The translations under genes were made by a program, and so were the position numbers. Under the pieces are notes generated by a model, which was not told the DNA's origin, did not search any database, and was given only the letters and a program-made list of their open reading frames with translations. Below, piece after piece: positions 50,612 through 64,000 of a stretch of 64,000 nt of DNA. The DNA lies in assembly GCA_964016885.1 (NCBI GenBank), contig OZ024746.1:97278001-97342000 (forward strand), written 5' to 3'. Numbering within the stretch: position 1 is the stretch's first letter; each line of letters begins with the position of its first letter. The stretch comes from Eledone cirrhosa. Taxonomy: Eukaryota.

Positions 50612-50690
50612 AGCTTCTACAGGACTAGAACTGTTTCATTCTAAGGAAATCATCAGAAAACCCCTGATGATTTCCTTAGAATGAAACAGT
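50612..50690. ncRNA. Back-to-back H1 hammerhead cores in a perfect 27-bp-arm palindrome
   Basis: actgtttcattctaaggaaatcatcag-aaaaccc-ctgatgatttccttagaatgaaacagt. The minus copy runs through the GUA site; the plus copy is truncated in stem III. Confidence 0.7.
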
Positions 50691-50969
50691 GTTGTAACTC
50701 TAAAATTCTGTGGCTTTTTAAACAAGGAGTCTGAATTGGGTTGTTAATATGCCAGACTTTATCCAGAATAAATCCTTGATGTTGTAATTAGTGTACATGG
50801 AACAATTACAAACAGCATTGAAGCTGAAGGAAACATAAATATGTCAAGATTGCAATCTATAAGACTTGAAAACAATCAACTTTTCTTGTCTGTAGGGGAT
50901 TATATTCTCAACATGCTAAACTGTTTTTCATATTAAAAAAGAACCTGCATCAAAAGCAGCTTACTTTAA

Positions 50970-51187
50970 CCCTTTAGCATTCACATTACTCTATATATAC
51001 TATTGTATTTTCACAGTAAAGGCTTTACCGCACATAATATCTCACATAATATCAAATCTATAAGATTTTGATATTTATTTTGAGAACAATACTTTAATAT
51101 CAGTATGAGAGGCTGGTTATGGCTGGTTTGAACAGAAAGAGGTGAGATAATTCTGGCTGAATATAGCCAGTTTAAATGAAAGAGTGG
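50970..51187 (+). mobile_element. P1 MITE
   Basis: TTAA|CCCTTTAGCATT, homologous body. Confidence 0.85.
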
Positions 51188-52432
51188 TTAAGCTAACTCA
51201 CATTTCAAATTCCTACTGAAGATGAATTTTATTTCTAAACTTCATGATTATTAATACCAAATTTTGTGTTTGTTCAAAGTTAAATTTGTTCTTGGAAAAA
51301 GAAAAGCTCTTTAACAGGGCTTTATATTTGATAATCTCATGGGGAAATAATCAAACCACATTTATATTAATTATTCTTGAGAGATCTCTTTAGGAATTAT
51401 ATGAAAAATAAATAATAATAAATAAAAACAAACTGAAAGACGGGTGAGGATTGGCAAGGCACATAGTGAAGAATTTATGATTTTTTCATGAACCCTATAC
51501 TGTTTCTTAGTAGAGTTTACAACTAGATGCCCTTGAGAATCATTATAAATCAACAAAACAGATTTTCTTTACAGAAAAATTGAACTTTGAAACTTGAAAG
51601 TATAGACCTGAGACTAAAGACTTGAAGGCACTATGACAATAAATAAGGTTCTTAATAATAGTTTTTTATTTAGGCACAAGATCAACAATTTTTTGTGGAG
51701 GCGGAGTTAATTAAATCAACCCCAGTGCATTACTGGTACTTTAATTTATTGACCCTGTAAGGATGACAAGCAAAGCTAACCTTGGTGGGATTGTTAGTAA
51801 TAGGAGAAATAAGGATATCAGACAAATCACTTACTAACACAGCATGATTTAAAATAGAGGCATATGTGAAAGTATATACATTATATTTATGTATAATAAA
51901 CATACATAAGCCTTGTTGTGGATATTTTTAGCTGTGATCATGTCACTGCTATCTCATTTCTTCCTGCATAGAGATGAAGTAGGAATGAAAGATACATGTG
52001 TTGCGTATTCAGGGCAAGTACTGGGTGTAATAAATAAATAGATGGATCTCCAGTAGACTGAAAGAGAGGAAGAATATTAGATGTCTAAAATACCAAGCAG
52101 TATCTAACTGAATGAACAGCCATAAATTGAGGATAATGTACTGCTTTGTTATCTCAGATATTTTGTTATACATGTTTAGGGATTAGAATTGCTGGACAGA
52201 TTTTACGGGCAAAACCAACCGGCAAGAGAACCGGGGGTAGACCCTGAGCAAGATTGTAGGAAAACATCCATAAACTTGGCTGGTCTCGCTTGGGGAACCA
52301 GTCAGATCAGTTGGAGAGGGTTGCTTCTGATATTACCTGTTGGGAGGAGTGTGTGAGTTCTCTGGCCCCACGACCCTCTCAGGAATAGGTAGAAGATGAA
52401 GATATTTAGGAATTAGATATCCTTTTTGGAAA

Positions 52433-52887
52433 TAATTGTTTCTATTTTTAGGCACAAGGCCAGCAATTACTCAGTGCATTACTGGTACTTTATATTATCG
52501 ACCTCGTAAGGATGAAAGGCAAAATTAACCTCGGCGGGATTTGAACTCAGATCATAAAGGGGCGTAACTCTATGCTTCAAAGCATGGTGTCCGACTCTCT
52601 ACCGATACTGCCAATCCACCGCCCTAATATTAATAATTGTTTCTACTTTTGGTACAAGGCCAGCAATTATCCCAGTGCATTACTGGTACTTTTAGAAATA
52701 ATTGTTTCTACTTTTGGCACAAGGCCAGCAATTACCCAGTGTATTACTGGTACTTTATTTTATCGACCCCATAAGGATGAAAGGCAAAGTTAACCTTGGT
52801 GGGATTTGAACTCAGAATGGCAAGGGCAGTAACTCTATGCGTCAAAGCATGGCGTCTGACCCTCTACCGATACTGCCAATCCCCGCC
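52433..52887 (-). mobile_element. Tandem SINE B copies (two full and one tail fragment)
   Basis: aataattgtttcta.tttt.g.acaaggccagcaatta at about 52432, 52633 and 52698. Confidence 0.85.
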
Positions 52888-53227
52888 TTTTAGAAATAAT
52901 GAAACCTTACAGTAAGCATGGAAGATATGCAGAAATTAGAGAAAAGCATGCTTCATTGTTTAAACAATTCTAATATGTGTGAAATAGTGAATGCATGTGA
53001 TGTAGGAAAGTTAAGTCTCAAAGGCATTGGTTAATATATTAGGGAAAGAAGGAGATAATGGTAGGGGGGAATGAAAGGAAAATATATGATGTATACTGGG
53101 TTAAAACATGCAATGGCTTGGATGTAACATTTAAGTTGTTAGACCAGACCAACGAATTAAGGTGGATAGAAAGATGATGTATATCAGTAAAGCCATACTG
53201 ATGCTAAAGTGGAAAACATACATTACA

Positions 53228-53266
<39 letters not shown>

Positions 53267-53280
53267 GTATATGTACATAC

Positions 53281-53323
<43 letters not shown>

Positions 53324-54813
53324 ACAGAAATAGAGATTAACTATTGAACAATGATTTGTCACAATTTATTACGCCTTGACTCTAGAATTAAGTTGGTGAA
53401 GGATAGAATATGTTTAAATTGGAATTGAATGAAAACACATTTTATAGCTTCTGACAATTTTGCTGTAAAAGTCACAATTATTTTGTTGTGAGTTGATAGC
53501 ATTTAGCCATGAACCATTTGACACTTAACAGAAATATAATTGAATAGGCAGTGTTCAATATTCAGATAACATAGCTTGTTTGACAGATGAGAATAAGTGA
53601 GAGCGAAGTATTTAGTAGTCATGTGTAATGAATAGAGATCAGGAAATTAGTATACAATATGAGGTCTTCCACAGATGTTGCCTTAGGATACTACTAAGAA
53701 ATTTCTTGACATGACCACATTACAAATGAAGAGGAGGTCATGAGCTAATTAACCTATAGGATGCCATCACTGTTATACAATGCTAGATGTTTGATAACAT
53801 TCTACTACACATGCTCAGAAGTGATCAGTAAAAGTTTCTCATAAGTGGAAGCCATATGGGAAATATTAGGAGACAAACACTGATTAGTGACAGTAAATAA
53901 GGAGATAGTAGATGTAGCCTGTTCTGAGAACAGGCTTGTGACTGGGTTTGTAACCATGTAGTGATCTCTCTTCCATGATGTTGAATAAGGACCTGAAGGT
54001 ACTAACTAATGACGCCTACAATGTTATATAATTAAATAAAAGGTTTAGGAAAATGCTCAGCCTTCTAGTAAGACTATACTTGCTTTATATTATTGAACAC
54101 TGTCAACTCTTCAGCTTTTGTATTTATGAATAAAAAAAATTGTTAAAATTAGAAGTTTGTTTTAATCAGTTCTGAACAAGAGTGGGATTATAAGAAGAAT
54201 CTACTTGAGTTATTAAAATGATTGAGTTCAAAGGTGAAAATTCATGACAGTCATTAAAATCTCTTCAAATACATCTTTAAAAATTGGTAGTTCTTTGAAA
54301 GAGAAAAAAATAATTGAAGTTCTTTTTAAGTTGCTTTTCACCAAAGATTTAAAACATAAATGACAATCTGTTGTCACTAATATCAGAACACAAAGACATC
54401 AGATTGGAGAAAAGTAAGTTTTTTATGAATTCAATATCCAAAAGGCTTTGTGAATAATACCAAAGATCATTTCTCATAGTTTATGAGAAACTATAACACA
54501 CATTATATTGTTCATAAAGTATTTAATTCTAAATACATTTTTTCCCCAGATGATAAACATTATAAATAAAACTTTTGATAATTATAAAAAATGTTTAAAA
54601 AGAAAAAATTCTATAAATTAAAGAAAAAAAACAGTATAAGAAATAAATAAAATAAAAATTATATTCTTAAAAAAAATCATTTGAAAATTTGATCCAAAAG
54701 AGGGAAGCATTAAATAGAATTTATTCACAAGATGATTTATTAAAATTGAGCAACAGATGAAGAGGAAAGCAACATTTATTATGATGGAAAGAATATATAC
54801 ATACACACACATA

Positions 54814-54885
<72 letters not shown>

Positions 54886-55186
54886 CATATATATATATAT
54901 ATGCAAGTTGCATTGTAGATTTCTCTGATTAAGTAATGTGATATTTTCTCACCTAGAACATTTATCTTTCAAGTTATTTATCATTATTATTATTATGTTT
55001 ATTTTCTTAGTCTCTTCTATAAATTTTATTTTAAACAAAGAAAAACCCACACTGTATCATCCTGTATCGACTTTAATGTTTTCTTAATGTGAGCCCTGTG
55101 TGGCTAATAAAGAAATCATTATTATTATTATTATTATTATGATTATTATTATTCAAATTTCTGGCCTTGTGCCTAAAGAGGAAATA

Positions 55187-55378
55187 ATTGGTTTGGCAGT
55201 ATCGGTAGAGCGTCAAACACCATGTTTTGTCACATAAGAGTTATGGCTCTTTATGTTCTGATTTCAAATCCCACCGAGGTTAACATTGCCTTTCATCCTT
55301 ACGGGGTCGATAAAATAAAGTACCAGTAATGCACTGGGTAATTGCTGGCCTTATGCCAAAAGTAGAAACAATTATTAT
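55187..55378 (+). mobile_element. SINE family B
   Basis: ttggcagtatcggtagagcgtc...gcctttcatccttacggggtcgataaaataaagtaccag. Confidence 0.85.
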
Positions 55379-55404
55379 AGTAGAAAAAATTATTATTGGT
55401 AATG

Positions 55405-55452
<48 letters not shown>

Positions 55453-55566
55453 TATCAGAGTATAAAACTATGAAGCATTATCATTTTTAAAATACAACTT
55501 CTATACTTTTAAATTTACAGTTCCTCGCCTATCCATGTCCTCAGTGTGTGTGTAAGAATGATTTAA

Positions 55567-56005
55567 CCCTTTAGCATTCACATTACTCTATATATACTAT
55601 TATATTTGCATGGTAAAGGCTTTATCTCACATAATTATCCCACATAGCATTCACATTACTCTATATATACTATTATATGTTCATGGTAAAGGCTTTATCT
55701 CACATAATTATCCCACATAACATTCACATTACTCTATATATACTATTGTATTTTCATGGTAAAGGCTTTATCTCACATAATTATCCCACATAACATTCAC
55801 ATTACTCTATATATACTATTGTATTTTCACAGTATAGGCTTTATCTCACATAATTATCTCACATAATATCGAATCTATGAGATTTTGAAAGTATTTATTT
55901 TGAGAATAATACCTTAACATCAATTTGAGCAACCAGTTACAGCCAGTTTCAACAGAAAGAGGTAGAGAATTCTGGCCAGTTTGGGCCAGTTTGAACATTA
56001 AAGGG
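55567..56005 (+). mobile_element. P1 MITE with an internal 73-bp unit expanded x4
   Basis: cattcacattactctata at 55575, 55648, 55721 and 55794; TTAA flanks. Confidence 0.9.
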
Positions 56006-59000
56006 TTAATGGATCAGTCACAACAGATAGTATTATCTCTTTTGCCTTTCATCCTTACGGGGTCGATAAAATAAAGTACCAGTAATGTACTGGGTAATTT
56101 CTGGCCTTGTGCCAATAGTAGAAACAATTATCTCTTTGTAGGTGCTTTTTAGGTAACTAGTTTTATATTAACCTGCATGAAACTGCTCTTGGTTCTTTCA
56201 TAGAAAACTGCCTGTTTTCAAATCTTTATATTTATATTTATATTAAAATCTTTCACATGATTTTATAAAAATTTTCATTAAGTAATAATGTTCCAAGTAC
56301 GAGCATTAATGAAAATTTAATTCTTTTATTAAATTCTTTCAATTTTTTTTATTACTTTAAAAATTTATTGAAGCATATTGGCATTGTATTTAATTAGAAA
56401 GAGTTAAATGAAAGGCAAATGCTATTAATTAAAGTATTTTGCACATTTTGTTTTTTACTTTGTTTTACTGATAATAATCATCTTACAAACTTCTCACGTA
56501 TTCCTGGTTAGTCTCTGTTTTGTAGATATTCTACAAAGTAACAGATTGGACCAAGCAAACAATATTTACCTTCGGTTTTCCATAACTTTGCTGGTCATAT
56601 ATAATGGCAGAGGCCTAACTGCTTTGTGTATCCAATTTAGAATAAGTGTATGATATTCCTGTGTGTTTAAGAGGTGACTAAAATGCCTGGTGCCAATAAG
56701 GGGCTGAAGCTATAAAACATTGTTTGAAGAGGAATCCCATAGTATGAACCTATCATAGTACCTAACCCCTGCTCTAGAAAAGGGAAATGACCTTAAAAAT
56801 CTTGTTGAGTTCCTATTGTTGTTAAAAGCTTCTCTCTCTTTACAAGATATATATCATAAATAACAATAATCATTTCTGAAACTTGCTGAAATCCCACATT
56901 CAGATTTAACTTTCACTTTCGAGGAGATAAATATTTTAAATGAGAAGCTGATGGCTTCCTAAAGATATGAAAAGACTAGATATGTTATCATGACAAAACC
57001 AAACATCATCCCAAATTCTTTGTGATATATATATATCATCATCATCATCATCGTTTAACGTCCATATTCCACGCTTGCATGGGTTTGGATGGGTGGTTTC
57101 CCACTTGAGGCAAGAGTGGTTGTCTTGCTCGCATAGGACTGTCTGGCGGGTCTTCTACGGCTGGATGCCCTTCCTAACACTAACTATATATACACACATA
57201 TATATATATATATATTAGCTATTTCTTTATTGATCGTAAGAAATTATTATATATTCTAGTTGATTATACATATGTATTTGTATAAAACTGTGATTTATAA
57301 TGGTTCAGTAATGCGCCTCTCTGAGGCTGCACTCTAGGTGCCTGCCTAGTTCGCCTTAACTGTACAGACCCTGATCATAGCCCAGTGTATAAATATATCA
57401 AATATCCTTGTTCCTATGAACAATTCCTGCTTTTTATATTCTGAGTTTAAATCTTATCAAAGCCAACTTTGCTTTTACCCTTCCAGGGTTGATGAAATAT
57501 AGTATCAGTTATGTATTGGGGTCAATTCAATTGACTTTCCTCACCTTCATAAAATATCGCAGACCTTGTATCTAAACTAGAAATTATATATATGAACGCA
57601 TCCACTACACTTTTTAAAATGATAGTTGTAGTGCCACAGAAAAAAACACTCAGTACTCCCTGTAAGGTAGTTGATGTTAAGAAGGACATCCAGCTGTAGA
57701 ACCCATGCCAAATATAGACTGAATGAGCAAGACAAGTGGTGAACCATGTCAACCTACTCAACTTATGCTAGCATGGCAAGTGGATAAATACCAATGAGGG
57801 TGATATATGTGGGGAAGAGAAAGATGGGGAAACATAAGTTACTGAGGGATGATAATATAGTTAAAATGTCATCGCTTCCATCTCTCTGTATGGTGAGCAA
57901 ATGGGGTCCTACGTGCTGGCCTCCCCACTGTACCGATGGACAGAATGGAGAAGGTGTTTCCCTGGAGGATGCATCTCTGGGTTGGTTCATTTAATCAAAA
58001 GTATTAAAAAATGAAATCATCTGTATAACTGATAAATTCTGAGGACTAAGTTAATATCTTTATCTTCTTGTCCATCATTGAGTTGCTTCCTATCTCTATT
58101 CAACATATGCAAAATATGATTGATGTGCTCTTAACCTTTTTGTTACTATATTTCTAATGATAAACACTCCTTTCTATTTTCATTTCATTTTCAAAATACA
58201 CAAGAATCTGGATAGCTTAGTAGTTAAAGAGTTGGATTCACAATGATGAGGTTGAGAGTTCAATTCTCGAACCAGATGATGCGTTATATCCTTGAGCAAG
58301 ACACTTTATTTCATGTTGCTTCTTCTGCCAAGCATTGCAACCGCTAGATAGTATCAGCAATGGAAAGACCTGGTCTGATTTGCAAAAGTCCACTGCACTC
58401 GGCAAGTGAATGAGGTCTGGGATCTTGTTGATCAATCAGAGACAGTGAGACATATAACTGTTATAAAAGGTCTGCTGTCGACAGTTGGACTGTTAAATCC
58501 AAGCCTCTCTGTTCAAGACACCCAACTGTATAAAGTCAATTACATTGTACAAAACAGAGTAGTTATAGTAAAGACAGAACATGTAAGCCATGTGGGCATG
58601 TGTGTCATCCCACATGAGAGACACAAATGTAGAATAGTTCATTGTCATTTGATAGGAGTGGAGGGGTGAACATGGGCACTATCAGACACTATTACAATGG
58701 TGTGACACACCTGTTTTGTATATCTGTACGAAACGAGGGTAAAACCCAAGGTATTCACCAGGTGGAATCCTGAACTACTAACGAGAGACTACAACAAGAC
58801 TCTGTACACACAGTTCCCATGACAGTTCACTTCAGTTCTTTTTTATAGAGTTTTGCCTAGTCTACTTTTAGTTACAGGGGTGTTCAGGGTTGCACAGAAA
58901 TGCACGCGAATCATGTTCAGTCTTCCTCCCAATAACTTCCTCGTTAAATTAGTGTTTGGAGCATAACTTAACAAAGGTTCTTATACGAAATTATGATGAA

Positions 59001-59093
59001 AGGTCTTTAGATAAAAATAGATATTTTATATTAAACAGTTTTCTCTCTTAAAACAAATGGAGGTTTCAGGCAAGTTGGTATCAAAAGGATTAA

Positions 59094-59294
59094 CCCTTTA
59101 GCATTTAAACCGGCCTTATCCAGCCAGAATCCTCTCTCTGTTAAAACTGGCTGTAACCAGCTACTCATACTGTTGTTAAATTATTGTTCTCAAAATAAAT
59201 TATATTAAAATCTCATAGATTTTATATTATGTGAGATGAAGCCTTTACCATGAAAATATAATAGTATATATAGAGTAATATAAATGCTAATGGG
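59094..59294 (-). mobile_element. P1 MITE
   Basis: TTAA|CCCTTTAGCATTTA...TAAATGCTAATGGG|TTAA. Confidence 0.88.
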
Positions 59295-60261
59295 TTAAGT
59301 TACTAACATCATCTTCCTTCAAAATTATTTGTTATAGTTGACCCTATATGTTGTATTGGACCGCCTTTGTTTTTGTTAAACACCACATTAAACATTACAG
59401 TCCTTCATCATGGTACCTACTATTCATATAGCTGCTAAACCTATAATACACTAGCTGCATTAATTTCACTACTTTCTTTTACCATGATGAAATGTGTAAG
59501 AGAACCCCCTTCCCCTCACTACACATACCATGAGCATTTCTCTTCCATCACATCTATAATAATTAGAATAGGCATACACATATCTCATATATACACACAA
59601 CAGCTAAACAATTAAATCGTTTTAAGAACATTGTTGTTATATTTGCATATTAAAATCAATAAAAAAGAAAACACTTTTGTCTAAGAGAATAGTTTTATTC
59701 TCCAGCATTTATAGTTTTTTTGCATGTGAATAACTATCATGTACATTTTTTTTTAAATGCTGCTTAAATTGAAAACTAATATTGAACGTAGAGTAAATAA
59801 ATTAGCAATGAAAGCATAAACATTTCACACAATGAAATAAAATCGATATAAGTAAATTCCTGATTGTTGTTAGAGATTGGAACAATATATTATGTATTAT
59901 CAATCTGGATTATCAGTAAGAAGTAAAATATTTCGAACAGGTACTTGATGAAATAATATACTCTTAATTATCTAAAATGCAAATAATTATAACAATTCTA
60001 ATTATCAGTTTTGTGAATGTAGAAATGAGTCAAGTTATTTATATAAGAAAGAAATTATTTCAATAGAACCTATTGTGTGTGTTGTGAGACAGGTTTTATT
60101 TTTGTTCTCAATCCATTAATTGTTTTGTATCTAATTAAGAAAATGTTGGAGGGCAGAACAAATATTGATTATTTGATCACTTTTAATGTTGTTTTACATG
60201 TAGAACAAAATATTTTGTAACATAAATCTTTACAAAATATTTTTTTTGTTTATTGCTTATA

Positions 60262-61031
60262 GATCTCGATTGTGTTCACACGTGATGGAAGGCATGAAGC
60301 TGAATTAACTGCAAGAATTGCAAGAGCTGATGCAGTAAAGTACCAGCTACATCATTCAATAATCAGAAGAAGGGAGGATAGGTGTAAAAGCCAAACTTGC
60401 ATTCTTCAATTCGGTTTTCATACCACCTCTAGCCTATGGTCAAGAATTTTTGGTAAGGACCGAAAGAATACGATTACAAATACAAGCGGCTGAAATATGA
60501 TTCCTCCGAAGGGTCTTAGGAGTAAGGCCACGCAATAGAGTATGTAGCTCAGAGATGAGAGAGTCACTCCAAGTAGAACCGTTACTTCTCTGAATTGAGA
60601 GATCACAGCTCTGATACTATGGGTATGTGGTTAGAATATCTCAGGAAAGAATCACTGGAGAGTCACTCCAGGTAGAGCCGTGATAGAGAGATCACAGCTC
60701 TGATACTATGGGTATGTGGTTAGAATCTCTTAGGAAAGAATCACTTAACAGGTTTTATAGGCAAAACCAACCGGCAGGAGACCCAGGGGTAGACCATAAA
60801 TGATTGGATAACATCCATGTGCTTGGCTGGTCTCGGGAATCCAGCCGGATCAGATGGAGACGGCTGCTTCTGACAGAACAAGCTGGAAGGGGTGTGTTTG
60901 AGGACACTGCTGCTATGACCCTCTCAGGAATAAGTGAGGAAGAGGGAGGGGGGGGAGAAGAAGAAGAAGAAGAAGAAGAAGAAGAAGAAGAAGAAGAAGA
61001 AGAAGAAGAAGAAGAAGAAGAAGAAGAAGAA
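60262..61031 (+). mobile_element. RTE-D LINE 3' part with (GAA)n tail
   Basis: FTRDGRHEAELTARIARADAV...LAYG...IQAAEI; internal duplication; related copies at about 52180-52400 and 62380-62750. Confidence 0.8.
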
Positions 61032-61196
61032 GCCACTTAATTAACATATCACTTTTTGTTTGGTTTTGTTGTTTATTTCCTCTGATGGAAAGGAACATTT
61101 AACCAATTCTATTAGTATGTCATGTCAACAGCCTGATGTAATTCAACAAAATACTTCTTGGTGGGGTCAGAACCTCTTTTATTTTACACTTACTTG

Positions 61197-61562
61197 TGGC
61201 ACTCCGTCAGTTACAACGACGAGTATTCCTGTTGATACGATCAATGGAACAGCCTGCTCGTGAAATTAACGTGATGTTGATATGATCAACGGAACAGCCT
61301 GCACGTGAAATTAACGTGAAAGTGGCTGAGCATTCTACAGACATGTGTACCATTAACCTAGTTCTCAGGGAGATTCAGCATGACACAGAATATGACAAGG
61401 CTGGCCCTTTGAATTACAAGTACAACCAACTTTTGCCAGCTGAGTGGACTGGAGCAACGTGAAATAAAGTATCTTGCTCAAGGACACAATGTGCCACCAG
61501 GAATCAAACTCATGACTTTATAATTGTTAGCTGAATACTCTAACCAACAAAGCCAACTGCCT
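61197..61562 (-). mobile_element. SINE family C
   Basis: Full length including the tRNA head (taaccaacaaagcc), with an internal 43-bp duplication. Confidence 0.82.
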
Positions 61563-62900
61563 TCATAGAATCAGTAGTATTAGTACTTAAAAAGTACCAG
61601 ATTGGGATTCTGTGTAGGTATTATGCTAGTTTATATTTTGATTATATTCAAGTAGAGCTGTTGTCATGGCCAATAGTTAAAGAATAGATGAAGAGGTTCC
61701 AACTGTGACAGTTTGCTACCTTCCGAACCCCCTGTGGGGTCTCAGATATGCAACCTTTGTGCATCCATTCCACGTCTCCCAGGACAGGTCACAAACCCAT
61801 CGCCAGTTTTTGCAGCATGAAATGGAGACTGCAATATATTCTTTTAACAGGCCCCTCTATCTAAGGCCTGGATGCCTCCCTTGTTAACCTGTGTGAAGGA
61901 CAATGCAGTATGGTTGAAGAGATCTAAGAAAATGGTTTTAGCATTGTTAGGAATTACTTCTAAGTAGTGATGATCAAAATTATATGCAGAATACTAATAA
62001 CGGTGGTTATTGTCTAACGTAGCAAGGATATAATATAACTTTTGAAAGAGATTAAGTCAACTTTAGGCTAAATAATGATTTCTACTATAGGCACAAGGCC
62101 AGCAAATTTGGGGAAGGGGAAAGTCGATTAAATCGACCCCAGTGCCTTACTGGTACTTCATTTTATTGACCCCGTAAGAATGAAAAGCAAAGCTAATCTC
62201 GGCAAGATTTGAACTCTAAATAGTGGTGATGAAGGGTTCTCCATTGGCTTCAATGATTAACATTCAGTTTTTTTAACTGAGCATCTGATTGTTGAATTAA
62301 CAAGTAAAACAAGAAAGTGATTGAGTATTCCTGAAATATGTCTACCCTTAATATAATTATTGGGACGACTTAGTGGCTGAAATGGGGTTCTTCTGAAGGG
62401 TTTTTGGAGTAATGTTACTCAATAAAGTGCATAGATCGGAGATGAGAGAGTCACTCCAGGTAGAGCCGTTACTTCTGTGAATCAAGAGATCACAGCTCCA
62501 ATACTATGGACATGTGGTTAGAATGTCTCAGGAAAGAATCACTGGACAGATTTTATGGGCAAAACCAACTGGCAGTGGAGCCTGAGCAAGATGGTAGGAT
62601 AACATCCATGAGCTTGGCTGGTCTCACTTGGTGATCCAGCCAGATCAGTTGGAGATGGTTGCTTCTGACAGGACCTGCTGGAAGAAAGGAGTGTTTGAGG
62701 AATCTGCTCCCACAGACCTCTCAGGAATAAGTGGGCGATAAAGAAGAAGAGTATGTGACATGACTGGTCCTTTTGAATTACAGATACAGCCCTTTCAATT
62801 GGCTCCCAAACAGTTTCTATCTACTAAATTTTACTCACTGGCTTGGGTCAACTCAAAATCAATTGTTAAGTGGCTGAGAATTCCATAGGTGTGCCTTTAA

Positions 62901-63149
62901 CTCTTTAGCATTTCCATCACTCTACTACTATATTTTCATGGTAATGGCTTTATTTCATATAATTAATTGTTTCTACTTTTGGCACAAGGTCAGCAATTAT
63001 ACCAGTGTATTACTGGTACTTTATTTTATTGACCCCGTAAGGATGAAAGGCAAAGTTAATCCCTAATTAATGTCAGTATGAGTGGCTGGTTATGACCGGT
63101 TTGAACAGAAAGAGGTGAGATAATTCTGGCCGGTTTAAATGTTAAAGGA
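62901..63149 (+). mobile_element. P1 MITE interrupted by a SINE B fragment
   Basis: TTAA flanks; SINE B tail at about 62965-63060. Confidence 0.75.
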
Positions 63150-64000
63150 TTAATGTTATTCTCAGAAAGATTCAGCATGTCATAGTGTATGACCAAGTCA
63201 GCCTTTTAAAATTATTGGTACAAGATATTTAACTGGATTCCAAACCTCCTCAGTTTCACTCAGAAGACTTTGTAGGATGAATGACACTTGTCCAAGATGC
63301 CACACCGTTGGAAGAAGCCAGTATATGATGTTAAAGCAAAATTCTTAACCACTTTGCAACACTTACAGCCACACCTTATCTACTGTAGTATGGACATCAG
63401 GGCCAGATTTAATTTTTGAATTTAATACCTGTATGTATAACTTTTCAATTCCAATTACTTACACCTAGCTAACTTTGATATATAAAATTGGGGGTGCTGT
63501 GTATTCTAAATTTTTGAGTTATGTGAATTTTATTGTTAACCTATCCAGGTTTAGCTGGTCATCTATGAAATCACATCTCATAGTTTTCTTAGGTCTTTTA
63601 TTGACATGCCACCCCAATCATGAAAATCAATGTGAAGTAAAGCATCTTGCTCAAGAACATAACATGCTACACAGTCTAAGAATTAAACCAACAAGCTTGT
63701 GATCATGAGTTCAACACCTTAACCATTAAGTCACACACCCTAACCATTAAGTACACACCTTCACTGTTAAGTGAATGAGATATAAATCTCTCTAATACAG
63801 CTAATTTTCTCAGAAAACATCTATTATCTCTTCTCAGCTACATAACTGAAGCAATTTTAGTATTAAATGTCCTACTTGAAAATACACCCGAAGGAAATTT
63901 GAATTGAATCGCTGGCTGCTTTGTTTAAGTTTTCATTAAACAGTCAGCAAAGTAATAAAGAGAATTAGCTGTAAATCAGGGATTATTTTCTCTTATTTGA

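Noticed and set aside
58320-58945. GC-richer unique-looking block with an 87-aa ORF
   Set aside because: No recognisable protein motif, splice pattern or RNA fold; probably an unclassified repeat fragment.

Overview
This is very AT-rich, microsatellite-dense eukaryotic DNA. The SINE, LINE and (TA)n/(CAT)n content best fits octopus (coleoid cephalopod) intronic or intergenic sequence; that assignment is inferred from repeat families, not proven. No host gene can be called with confidence, and most ORF-track entries are translated microsatellites. The window contains: young 5'-truncated RTE LINEs, one with an intact C4HC3 PHD-like finger; at least three tRNA-derived SINE families; a full-length but mutated mariner and two older mariners; DD37D maT, hAT and R4/Dong-type relics; and about 11 copies of a ~200-bp TTAA (piggyBac-type) MITE. 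The main finding is a dispersed set of about 13 type-I hammerhead-ribozyme-like cores (CUGAnGA...GAAA...UH) from several unrelated sequence families. Most lie in short fold-back elements next to (TA)n tracts, and several share a downstream ACTCTACT..GTATTGAGTAC motif. This resembles non-autonomous Penelope-like or retrozyme-type elements. All folds were paired by eye, and cleavage activity is untested.
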